NCBI GenBank assembly: GCA_964057225.1
Contig: OZ059895.1
Location: forward strand, 16,926,001-16,990,000
Origin: Auanema rhodensis
Taxonomy: Eukaryota > Animalia > Nematoda
Length of the DNA: 64,000 nt
Reading direction: 5' to 3'
The translations under genes were made by a program, and so were the position numbers. Shown piece by piece: positions 1 through 13,240 of this stretch (its first letter is position 1; every line of letters begins with the position of its first letter). The notes beneath the pieces are model-generated. The model was not told the origin of the DNA and made no database searches. It was given only the letters and a program-made list of their open reading frames with translations.

Positions 1-2534
1 TTTCTATCCCTTATATTTCTTTTCAAACCTATGACTTGTGTTCTTCAAAAGCGTACCAAATCCGGGTGGGAGCTCAAAAATCTGTCTTTTCACGCCATCG
101 TAGTCCTATCTGTTTTTCTTATTATTCGTATAGTTTGCTGTTGTGTAGCTTTGGCACAATTTAGTCGTGTAAGCTGTTCTACTATATCTTTTTCTCATAC
201 ACTCCTAGACAAGTGAGTTGAATAAAAGAAAAAAAAAGTCAATTTCTTCACATTTCTACGTCTATCCTACTTATGTATATTCTATATATGAAAGTAGGTG
301 ATGTGTTATTATTTTTCAATTATATTATTATTGTTTATTATTTATTTATTTATTTCAATTTATAGTTAATATAAAATATTTTTAACTATATACACTACAA
401 TCTGTCTATATATTCCTTTAAACATTTTCTAAATTAGTCATTAGTTCATTCAATCATAACATCAAGTAACATATCTGTATGTATAGCTTAAAGCCCAAAA
501 ATGACCTTAGCACTAGCACATACTTACACATAAGCTTGTACTCTTCTATTCAAGTTTTCAAACATCAACAACCTTTTTCTTTTTAAAATTTATGCTTAAA
601 TTCTCACATTCATAGGTCAGAAAATGTTTGTAGTATTTTGTAATAATCAATTCATATTTTTTACAGTAATTTTCAACAAATTCTTTTTTCTTTCACAACT
701 TTTTCAAGTTCTTTCATCAAAAAAGTTTGTTATTACCAGACATAACAACCAAAGTTGAAATGAAAGTATGCGTTAACAGCTTTGCTGCCGATCTATGCTG
801 TATGCTCTACTTCGTTGCTTTCAACAAAACTCACAAGATTGAGCCCGTGCAGCAACAGAAATCGGATTTGACGACAGTACACAGTCAATCTAATTGCGTT
901 TGTCGGCGATTATTCTTCGTTTTATCATTCTTTTCTTAACTCTTTTTTCTTTTGAATCTTTTTTTTTTCGCGTGTAAAGGAATTATTTGAATTTATTTCA
1001 CGTCATTTCACGTGATATATGATGTACAATTGAATAGTTGTCATTCTTTCATTTTATTCTTAAAATGATATGATGAGCGGTTGTGTTTTCTATTTTTAAT
1101 TAATTTTATAATCACGTTATCATATTTTCTTCTTTTTTCATAGAACATGCTTGTGTTACTTCTCAATTCCATTTCAACATATATTCTTCAAAGTAAATCA
1201 TGAATATAGTTGTAATATGCATTCTCAAGTATCAGAATGAATTTCCAAAAATCATCATCAGGTAATAGAAATATAGAAATAGTTTAGAGTGTATAAAACA
1301 TAATCCTAACTATTACTGAAAGCTGATAGATGGTTAGGGATAGACTGAGAAGCCAAGATCACAATCAAGGTGTCAGATTGGTACACCAACCTCGATCTCA
1401 ATAGTGTTGAACATCATAGTTTGTAAGAAGGAGCAGTGTAATATGGATTCATGATGCAAAACTTTAAAAATCATTGTTATAGCTCAGTTAGTTTGTCTAT
1501 AATTAGGTTGCCACGCATCTCTTCCTTCTACAACTTTGCAACATCGGCTTCTCATCAGCATCCAACAACTAACCTGATAGTTTCATTAACGAATATTTTG
1601 TATTAGCAGCCACTAATTATAAATCGGATCCATGCAATCTCCAAACTTAAGATATACTATTATGTCCGTATCTCATATTAGTTCTTCTGAATTTTTGATC
1701 CAAAGTTTCTCTTTCTCTCTCTTTCATTATTACTCCACAAGGGGTGTCAGATAACATTGGAGTTGAGAAAGGATGTCTTCAGCAACTTCCTGTCACATAG
1801 CACTAACTCCCCCCTTTCTTTCTCTCTTTCCGTCGCCTTTCTCTCTCTCTCTTCTTGAACATCTTCTCACTTTTTTTCTTCATAATCTTTTTATATTTCA
1901 TAGTGATAATTTGTCCGTTCATTGATTTTCCTATACTTGATGCTTTCATGGAAATTGCAAAAACTTTGTGACATCATTAGTTATCATTCATGTAACTGCT
2001 TTTTTATTGATCATTGTCTATATATCTAGAAAATGAGAGATAATCTAGCTGCTTGTCAAGGCTTGACTTATCTTTTTTTTTGCCAAGTTGTTATACACAT
2101 ACTTGCAAATCTACAATGGATGTGGGTGAGAAAGATTCATAAACAATGAAGATGAACGTACTGAAATAGAAGGAGCAGAGAGCCGACGAGTCTATTATAC
2201 ACGACAGAGAAAGAGAGAGAAAGAGAGAGAGGTAAAGCATGAATCAGAAGAATACAACATTCTGCAAAACAATCGGCGAATCTAAATTTTCATGATCATT
2301 TTCTCGGCTTGGGCTCATCTACATCAGGGTGGGAACGATAGAGCCATCCTTCACTGTCTCAATTTCGATTTTGTCTCTTCCGTCTCTTCTCAGGATCACA
2401 TTTCCTTTGTGCTCTTCGAAAGCGTCATCATATCACAGATCGATTCGATCTGTATGTTCACCTAAAGCATTTGAACTCATCGTCATAGCACGTGATTACA
2501 GCTGAGCTCGTTACCTTTTATCTCTCTCTCCCCA

Positions 2535-2582
<48 letters not shown>

Positions 2583-4828
2583 TTCTCTCCATCTTCGTAG
2601 TCCACATTTCGAATACAAAATCTGCAACCGTTCGTCAAAAGTCCAACGTTAATCCACGAATTTGCATATAGCACTGTTTTTACTTCACCAGCTCGTAGTG
2701 TTGCGTGAGTTTTGAGCAAGCTAGTTCATATGCTCGTCTATATATTTTCATGAATTAATCAGAGAATTTCTTCTCATTCTTATCATTTTCTATTTCTTTG
2801 TCTTTCATCCTCTTATCCCCCATTTCATCTTTCACTCTACTTGTGTTCCTCTTTTTGTCTTTCATATGAATATGTACAATGTTTTTTTCTTATAAAAACA
2901 AGTATTTTCTTATGTCGTTTGTTTGTTTCGTTCTTCCTCCACGTGGGTAAGGAAGAGCAACATGCATAGATGCAGCATTATCAGCCAACTTGAAGTAGTT
3001 TAATACCAAAACCATCACGTCTCAAACCCTGAGGCTGTTTTGTTAGTAGTCAAATGTGCTGGTTGAACGCCGTTATTAGAAAGCTGGCGGATTCTATTAT
3101 AATCACATATTTTTGGTGAATTATTAGCTTTTCCGATATTTAGTAAGCTATTCTTTTCATAATAGAATCAAAGGATTTCCCATTCTTTTCTTACTTCATC
3201 CTTTTACGCTCGTCATATCTCTCTATCTCCCCCCCCCCTCTCTCCCTTTCTCTCTCTCTCTTCTTCTCTCTTTTTCTCTTTTTCCAACTTTTTCTTCTTC
3301 TTTCTATTGTCTATCTATTATGTTTCGTCTACATTTTGTTTTATAATTTTATTTTTTACTGATCATTACCTATGTGTATTATTTAAAAAAATTTCAGTTT
3401 CTCACCCAAGTTTTTGAGCTTTTTCTTCTATTTTTTTCATTTAAAGGATATTTTCTTCTCCTGTTTGGCTTCGTTATGTCTATTACTCTCATTTCTCTTG
3501 TTTTGACTACTTTCACAGCTACAACTCTTCCTCTAGGCAACACCTCTCTTCTTCTTTCTCGCACTCCTCAATCTCCTCAACCTCCTCAACCTCACATCCG
3601 ATCTCTCTTCATTTCTTTGCTTTCTTCCTCGTTTTACCTTCTCATATTCCTTTTCATACTGATCGGTAAAATACACAATTTGATGTTATTTCTCGTCTTT
3701 TCTGTCGTTTTAACAAATTGAAAAACATTAGTGTTAACGTCTATAGTGTGATGCCTTACCTTAACCTGCAACATCATATCTTTCATTTTAGGCTGGATAC
3801 ACGGCAATTCTATGCTTGTGTGCGGGCTGTTTAGCCCTGCTAGCCTGCATTTCCACAGTTTCTCTTCATTTTGAGGTTTCCGACTAAATCCGGCTTCTGT
3901 CTATACCGCGTTTATCGTTAAACTCTGCTCTATTCTCTCTATTCTCTATCTACCTACCTACCTCTCTGTTGGTGTGTGTATCTCCTCTTTCTGTCTATTT
4001 CTCTGTCTTCCGGTAAGTCGTGATAGCAACTGGTTATCATATTGAACGTACTGACCTTCTTCAATCACAGCTACGTGAACAGACAGACTAAGGTATGAAG
4101 CAAACGTTTGGATTAATTCCAATTTCCACTATTTAGGAACTTCAATCGGTTTTCTGCTCTTGCGATCTCCCTTTCTCAGTGAATTTTTCCAACTCTCAAA
4201 CGTAGGTGTTGAAGAAAGGACCAGCCGCTTCAGAAGCGACTACTTACCTGCCTGCTCAGATAAACGACTTGTGAAGCGATCCACAAGATTTTAAATTCTC
4301 ATATTCTGAATTATCTTGCGCTGTCGTCGTTCAGCTTCTAATAGTTCTTCTGTTACTACTGCTGTTCTGCATCGATTCCTGAAAAGGCCGACTCTTCTCT
4401 CTAGCTTATATTCAGCAGCGAGCTCTCCTGCCTTGCCTAGCTCCGCCTCTTAGTCCCCCTCCCAGCTTCGTGGTTCTCTGCGGTCTCGATAGTTGTCGTA
4501 GTCGTCGTTCTCGTCGTCGCCATCAACGAACACCGTTGTCATCGTCTCACCTTAACACACGAGACATTCATCACTGACATCAACATCATCGTGTTGTGAT
4601 CGTAGCCAACGACATCCGTATACCGTACATCAACTTTTGCACTTTATCAGCCGTAATCCGCAGCTTTCTCTGTCTCTCTTTCTCCCTCCCTCTATATTCA
4701 CAAACAACAAACTGAATCAGTCTAGAGCATCAATCCGACAGTGACGCCTTCCAGATTCTGATCTTCTATCTAACTATTCATATATTTTAACAGTCAAGGG
4801 CCACGGTCCTTTCTATTCAAATCATCAG

Positions 4829-5124
4829 ATGCGATTAGCTGGTGAATCATTAGCAGCTCGCTGGCTGCTTCTCATCGTCCTGCTACCGTTCGTATTAGCT
4901 AAAAGGAAGTTGAAAGAGCAAGAAATCATCCAGCGTGTCCTGAAGGAATATGATTGGCGAGTCCGTCCTCGAGGCCTCAATGCATCATGGCCAGGTAACA
5001 TAATTCTTATTTATTTAAATATATATATATAGTATATAGTAAATTCAATATAAAAATATAGATTTTCAACAAGAATCGTTAGTGTATTTGCCAGAATAGG
5101 TAGTATTTCTCATTTTCATCTAAC

Positions 5125-5171
<47 letters not shown>

Positions 5172-5804
5172 TTATTACCTCTTTTCATCCCTCTTTTCTA
5201 CAAATCGTTTCATATAATTTTTGAGATTTTGAAAGCATTTTCAGTCATTCTGATTTATTTACCAAAACATCCCCATTATCATGAATGACACTGTGTGAAA
5301 TTTAAAGATAATTCTTTCCTATTTGTATTAAGTCAATCAATTTTATGCTTTTATTCACTCCAAACCCTCGCTTCATACTCACTCGGACACATATAGACAC
5401 GCACATACCTATACAACCTCTTATAATCTCATTTTCTTTTTTTCCGCTCACCTTCACCACACATGCATACCACTTTTTACCTTTTTTTCCTCAATTTTTT
5501 CACTTTTTTAAGCTTTCTATCGAAAAAAAAAGCTTTTTTTCTTCATTTGAGTTCCCTTCTCCTTTCTATTCATTCACTCTTTTTCGCATTTTGCCAGCCG
5601 TTTCTATGTGTTCAGCTAGTCTTCTGAGATATCTTGAGCCATGCCACCAACCAGAATTATTCATATAACCCTGGTGATGTGTTAAATTAAATTTTGAGAT
5701 TTATAATATTATGCTGTATTATTAAAACTATATATTCGTTATTATATTATACATATATGAACAGATTTGTTGATTAAATTTTGTTTAAGAGTTTGAGAAA
5801 AAGA

Positions 5805-5868
<64 letters not shown>

Positions 5869-6549
5869 AACCTAAAGAAGAATAACTATCTTATCATCCT
5901 TACCTTGATTACTTCTAATTCTAGTAGTTTCATGAGGTACACCAAGTTTGAGTTCCAATTTTGAGCCTGGATATAAACTTTTTTTTGTTCAACGATTTTT
6001 GAAAGATAAATTATATATTGTTCAAGCTTAAACACGGAAGAAAATTCCTGTTTTAACGTCGTCCGAACTAAATTCAAGACCTTTCGAGAAACAACATCCT
6101 CAATTTCCAAATAGTCACATCCACTTATGCAACATTTTTTGTTTTCTAAACCTTTAACGCAATACAATTTTTTTTTAATTTCCTAAAAAATTTTAAAAAA
6201 TTGATTATTTTCTGATTTTATAATTGCAGTTTAATATTTTCTTTACTTCTTGACTTTATTTCAAAAAATACGATGCTATTTTGAACTTTATATTCACTTC
6301 ATCTAACGGAATCTCAGCTTGTTCAGTGTTTCTAAGCATTTTTGAGTCGACATTAAACTTTTTTCAAATAATATTCTTATTTTTTGTACTTTCATGCTTT
6401 TTCTTGTCATTTTTACCGATTATGCCCAATTTACGTTGATGCCGTTGATGAAGTGCAAAACATTTGATTTTTGGTATAACCTTTCTCTTTTTTTTGGCTT
6501 GAACATGCAAAAAGTAATTACTTAACCCTAAATGTCTTGAGACAAGTAC

Positions 6550-6636
<87 letters not shown>

Positions 6637-8432
6637 CACCTCATCTCATCAGTCTTTTCATCTACACCTTTACTGATATTTTTTTTCAAAAAGGTCAGCA
6701 GCCTCTGCAGCAATTGTTGTAAAAATTCTATTTTTTTCGTTCTTTTCTCCTTCTGGCTGTCATTATGTATCTTTCTATCTTATCATCATCATTATCCTCA
6801 TCATCATCGTCATCGTCATCAGTGTTATGAGCTTAAGTTTCTGAAACAAGCTATATCATATCCACTACACTCGTACTTGTTTCTGCACCTATCACACCTA
6901 TCAACCTTTGTGTTGTTGTTGAGAAGCTAAGATCATCATTCAAGTTGTCAGCTTTGTTTCTGTCCAAATGATGAACAGATCTTCGACGTGACATGGTAGA
7001 TATGTGCTTGTGTATGAACTCAATGCAATTTCCTTCCTCCCTATTGCTCTCCGTACGATTACTGATGATGTTGAATAGTCTTCGATCTTCATTTCTTATT
7101 TTTGGTCCATCAACGACTAGATACATGAATATCTCTATAGAAGTTAGTCGTTGATCAAACATTTTCTGATGAGATACGACAAGGAAAAAAACAAAAAATT
7201 TGATTTTAACGAATCTTATCCATAGCAATAGCTGTTAGATGTTATAGATGTAGCGATGTGTGTATGGATGTGTGTGTGTGATGTGTCTGGAACTTGTGCT
7301 GTTGTTGTAGCATAACAAAAACATTTATTGGAGGATAATAATGATAATCATCATCCCATAAAGCTTATTCTCATGCAGCCTACCTCTGAATAGATCAGCA
7401 GCTTATAAGCTTGCAAACTTTTTTTTCTCATTCTTTTGCGATCATAAAAAAAGGGATGAGAGCTTGATAAGCTGTCTTGAATGCTGCTCACTAGAAGAAA
7501 CTTGAAGTTGAAGTTTTTAATAAGCTTGATGAGAATAGAATGTATATAAGAACACATTGGAAAAGAATTCAATATCACGCAAACGCAGCTTTCTATAGCC
7601 AAAATCATTTGTGTCTGCTTAACATGATGTGCTTAGATCAATTAAGCTAATCTTAAGTTTCCTTACTCTCATCAGCATAATTCAGAAAGTTTTATGCTAT
7701 TTGAAGGTTAATAAGAAGAAAATATAGAAGAAAATCATTAAATTTCTGGCTTTTCTCAATTAATCATCATCTTCTTTCTGTGTGAAAAGAAACTTTTCAA
7801 AAAAAAACTTGCAAACAGATATAGAGGTAGAACTGCTTTTGGTTTCTGATCATCTAAGATTACCTCAAGGCTATTCTAAAAATTTCGTTCATTCCTCTCT
7901 CAAGAGTACTTACTTATGCTATTCACATGACGTAGATAGTTAAATCTTGGTTGTATCGGATATTGAGACTTTGAACATCATCACACACAAACGAAACCAA
8001 GCACATCTCCCTCCCTCTCTCTCTCTCACTCTCTCCTTCTCTCTCTCTCTTTTTCCTTTTTTTTTTCATATTTTTGTATAAAACTTCCCTCGTTATCTAT
8101 GTAGAAACAAGAAAGGAAATATTAATGAATGAAGTGTTCAAAACTAAATGTTTTAAACTTGGATCCCCCTTTTACAGCATTTTATCTTCAAAATAATGTT
8201 TTTTTTTTATTTTCAGATACCGGTGGACCTGTACTTGTAACCGTTAATATCTATTTACGTTCAATATCAAAGATAGATGATGTTAATATGGAATACAGTG
8301 CACAATTCACTTTTCGAGAAGAATGGGTTGATGCCAGGCTAGCATATGGCCGTTATGAAGATGAGAATACAGAGGTAAGTGTTCTTGCATAATCTTCGAG
8401 AAACTTCAAAGATTACCTGATAATCTTATGTA

Positions 8433-8469
<37 letters not shown>

Positions 8470-11400
8470 GTCTATAAGAAGAGAGACAGAGAGTCCTTTT
8501 ATGTTTTATTAATAGCTGAAAATTGAATCAATATGAGCGTATAAGAATAAAGCTGAAAGAGGAACTTGATTCATGTAATTAAGTTTCAACATTAAAACAT
8601 CTCACTTTTTCTTTGAAATCTTTATTCTTATGTTGAAGCTTCATTATCAATAAGCTTTGACTATCGATATAACCTTGTCAAAGTTTGATTTGAAAAACTA
8701 TTGTCACAGATGAATATTTGCTTTTTTCATCTTATTCCATTCAGTAAATCTTTTCTTGTTATTATGAATGACAATATAGAAAAATATGGTCATGGTTCAT
8801 AATGTTTAGAAATGTAAGAAACATTAAGAAAATCGGAAACATAAAGAGAAATTGATCGAGAGTGCAGAGGGAATAAAGATGAAGAAGTCTTGAGACTAGC
8901 TGTATTTTTGGATTAAAAAAGACTCTCATAGTGTAATTGCCTAGTACAGAAGACCAACCACGTTGACATGGTTGAGTTAACCCTCGCTAAAAGCCTCGAG
9001 GCCTTCTGCAATTTCTAATATTTTATTCAAAAGCATTTGCCTCCTTTAACGCTTACATCTCTCCCATCTCTCTCTCTCTCTCTCTCTCTCCCTCTCTTTC
9101 TTTCTCTCTCTTTCTCTCTCTCTTTCAGTTTCTTAACCCATATCACCAATTTATTGAGAAGACAAGCCTCAAAATGCAAATCCAGAATGCACCCTCTTTG
9201 ACATATTCTCCCTTACATCCATGAATGAAAACGTTTCTGACCTTTATACCTTCATATCATCTTTCATAGCTTCATCTTCTTGATCTCAAAAAATTTAAAA
9301 AGCATATAGATGTCCTCGAGTTCAGAGAGCTCATTCGTTGTTTTAGCTTGTGCCAATTCTGAATATTCTTTACTCTATCCTCGTGAACTTAGATTGATAT
9401 TGAAAAGATATATCTGAAATAAAAACAACAAATTATATGATATATTCAATAAAAAAATATAAAAATACAACCGTTTATTGGCAAATTCATAAAGAAAATT
9501 GATTTTTATCTCAAATTAGCATAATATGCGCATAACTTTATTACGTGAATTAAGTGAGATTTGACGTCAAATAAAGGATAAATGGGTGGAAAATGAGAAA
9601 GAAAAAAAAGAAAAAAAATTATGAATAAATGAATAATTTTCTAATTATATGTTATATAGGTGCCACCGTTTGTTGTATTAGCAACCAGTGAGAATGCCGA
9701 TCAATCACAACAGATTTGGATGCCGGATACATTCTTTCAGAATGAAAAGTACGTCATAATAATTTTCTGATATTTGATAATCTATAAGACAAATCTGGAA
9801 ATTGTCGTGTACAGAATCCTCAAATGATATATCCAATTTCATGTTTAACCTCTATTTGCCATGTAGTACATGTAGTATGTATACATGTCAGTATACTTGG
9901 CATGTGCTTTTAGCCGCCTTTCAAACTTGTTGCCATCATCGGATGGCCACGTAATTCTAATCCGGTAAAGTCCTCTATCCACTCGTACCGGAACTGCTCC
10001 ATTTCCGGTAACGACGATCGAAATGGGTATTCGAAGATAGCCAAACAAACTTCCGCTTTATACTAATTTCTAATAGATGGCTTTTGCCAAGCTCCAAGCC
10101 ACTATAACCAAAACTAATATTTACACACAGATATATATGAATATGAACATATAAAAAAAAGTTTATGGGAATGAATAGCAAAATATGCGAAATTCAAGAG
10201 TATATGAACATCAGAATTAAAGCTTAAACTTGATTTAGAACTTTAACTTTTTGTAAAAGCTGCTATTACGCATGACAACATTAATGTTTTTCGAATAATT
10301 TCTAAATCAAATAAACTCCAAGTACAACAAAGTTCATCCATACATTTCCAGAGAAGCACGTAGACACTTGATTGATAAGCCGAATGTACTCATTCGTATA
10401 CATAAAGATGGTTCTATTCTGTATTCAGTACGGTAAGTATTCATCAGAAAACAAACTTTTTTCCTTCAAATTCCAAATTGTTTGGAAGAAAAATTGAAAT
10501 TGTTTAAATTATTTTATTTCAATTTATAGGTTATCGCTTGTCTTATCATGTCCTATGTCACTGGAATTTTATCCGCTAGATCATCAAAACTGCCTAATAG
10601 ATCTTGCTTCATGTATGTTTCAATGACAAAACATATCACATATGATTTGCTTTTCTCTTGCTTCTCTCTTGTTACATGAAGACTACCGTAGACTTAAACA
10701 ATTAAAAATAATCTTTTACAGATGCATATACTACACAAGACATCAAATACGAATGGAAAGCAACGAATCCTGTACAACAGAAAGATGGATTACGTCAATC
10801 ACTTCCTTCTTTTGAACTTCAGGATGTTCTTACGGATTACTGTACCTCAAAAACAAATACTGGTTCGATCATTACAATTTTCGTTTTTAAACATTTTATT
10901 TATCATAAAAAATATTTTTAAAAAAAAGCTGAAAAACTAAAGCTCATGAGCTTTAACAACAAAAACTTAAAAATTAATAATTTTTCCATAAAAGAAGAAT
11001 ATAGTGTTTCGTTGATTTTTTTTTGTTCGTCTTGTCCACATGGCTTGTCTGTCCATCTGTGGCTACATGTCTCCTGTTTCTAATTATATTATTTTTACAT
11101 TTAAATTTTTAAATAATAATAATAATATATAATTAAGTTTAAATTATAATTAATTAATCTTTGTAATGAAATGTCCGAAAATATATTCATTGTCATCAAT
11201 ACTCATGACAATGAATTGTCCGTTAAAGCTTTTTACATGTTGTCATGCTACAGGTGAATATTCGTGTCTTCGTACAAAGATGATTCTACGTCGAGAATTT
11301 AGTTATTATCTGCTTCAGGTCCGTCCATTTCACGTATTTTTCACGTAAAACATGTTTTTTTGTCTTTCAAACGTTTTCTTGTCCATTTTTTGTCCAAAAA

Positions 11401-12880
11401 AAAAAGTTTTGAAATTCTTGAAGAAAGCTCTTCTGAGCTTTTGAATTATACATATATGGTATATTCTATGTGTCTGTCCGTAATAGCCGTCTTTCCAGCT
11501 TTATATTCCATCTTTCATGTTGGTTATAGTATCATGGGTTTCATTTTGGCTGGATAAAGATTCAGTTCCAGCCCGTGTTACACTAGGTCTGTTCTTGGTC
11601 TCTTCTCATCTTATCGTCTGTGTCTGTGTTTATGTGTCTGTGTATACCTGTCTCATGTACTTATATATCATTCATCTATGTGTTTTACAGGAGTTACAAC
11701 TCTACTAACGATGACAACTCAGGTAAATTCATAGTTGTCTTTCATTTCATAGAGATATATCTTGATTCGTGTTTTTGTCATTGTTCTGTTATTTAGCATA
11801 TAGTATACTATATGCTTAACTATATGTCGAATATTATATGTTTTTCATGTGTTCTTACATATTTCAGAGTTCGGGTATCAATGCTAAGCTACCTCCTGTC
11901 AGTTACACCAAGGCATGTTTTACCTAACTCATACTAACTAAATCATATAGAGAAGCTTTGATTGAAATATTGAAAATTTTTTCTGCCAATTAACTATTTT
12001 TCGAGCTTTTAAAGCATAAGAACTTCATTATTTCAAACATTCTCAATTATAACTATATGTATAGTTAGCACATTATTCAACAATGCCCTGTCTTATGTCG
12101 GTTTTTCTCGATTCAGGCTATAGATGTCTGGATTGGTGTTTGTCTAGCGTTTATCTTCGGAGCTTTACTTGAATTTGCTCTCGTTAACTATGCAGCTCGA
12201 AAAGATATGACCAGCTGTGGTCAACGTATGGTTAGTCTTATCGTATATAGCAGAGCTTGAGCGTTGAAATAACACAAAACGATGATTTGAGTATCATGCA
12301 TAATGCTCAAGTTTCTGATACTCCTGTTTTAGCTGTTATATGTTAATCTATATATATGTATGTATGTTGATATGTTTATAGCAATTACCGCAGGATGGAG
12401 GATATCGTCCTTTAGCTGGAAGTCAGCCACGCACTTCATTCTGTTGCAAAATTTTTGTCCGTCGATATAAAGAGCGCTCAAAACGAATTGATGTTGTATC
12501 TCGTTTGGTCAGTTTTTCACTCAAAATCAGCTTTTAATCGCATTCTCCCTAGAAAGAAATTAACTATATTATACTATATGTATATTATAATTAACTATAT
12601 AAACATTTTTATATGTTTATTATTCTTTTTACCCTTTCCTGTCCTCTTTAACTATATGTTTTCATACATAACTATATATATATTTCCCATATTTTCAGGT
12701 ATTTCCTATTGGATATGCTTGCTTCAACGGTATGTCCTTTGTCGATTTGTTTGTCATTTTAACTTGTTTGTCAGATTATTCAATTGCTCAAAGCTTTATT
12801 GGCGAACTTATTCGATTCGCTCTAACTAGATACTACTCGAAAAGTACTAAGAGAGATTTTGAAAATTGAGAAAATTTGAA

Positions 12881-12957
<77 letters not shown>

Positions 12958-13240
12958 CAGAGAGAGAGAAAGAGAGAGAGAGAAAGAGACAGACAGAGAG
13001 AGAGAGAGAGAAAGTTGTTTCTGAAATAAAGTATACGATATAAAGCATATGCATGAAAATTGTTTGAAAAATATTAAATTATAAAATACATATATAGAGT
13101 AATATGTATAATTATCTACATATAGTTAATATAAATTATAAGATTTTTCATAATATTTGAGAATTTTGATTGATCATCTTCTACAAAACTACATATAATA
13201 TATAATTTCAGTATTATATTGGGCAGTATATCTGATGTAA
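4829..13240 (+). CDS. avr-14: Glutamate-gated chloride channel alpha-3 subunit, isoform A (AVR-14A/GBR-2A), 14 coding exons, ~415 aa
   Basis: Shared exons 4829-4994, 8217-8374, 9660-9748, 10352-10432, 10530-10612, 10722-10862. A-specific exons 11254-11318, 11499-11586, 11691-11722, 11868-11912, 12117-12230, 12382-12507, 12699-12729, 13212-13240 (1248 nt in total, in frame). Encodes a signal peptide, [20 protein letters not shown], Cys-loop [15 protein letters not shown], GluCl second Cys pair ([13 protein letters not shown]), anion-type M2 [18 protein letters not shown] and C-terminus [11 protein letters not shown], matching recalled C. elegans AVR-14A. Confidence 0.96.

Noticed and set aside
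9857-9902. Imperfect inverted repeat in avr-14 intron 3
   Set aside because: Short, bulged and built from TACATG/GTAT low-complexity words; too weak to call a miRNA hairpin.
12774-12830. KLYWRTY-like stretch as an alternative last exon of avr-14A
   Set aside because: No acceptor places it in the required phase; the 13212 exon gives the canonical VLYWAVYLM*.
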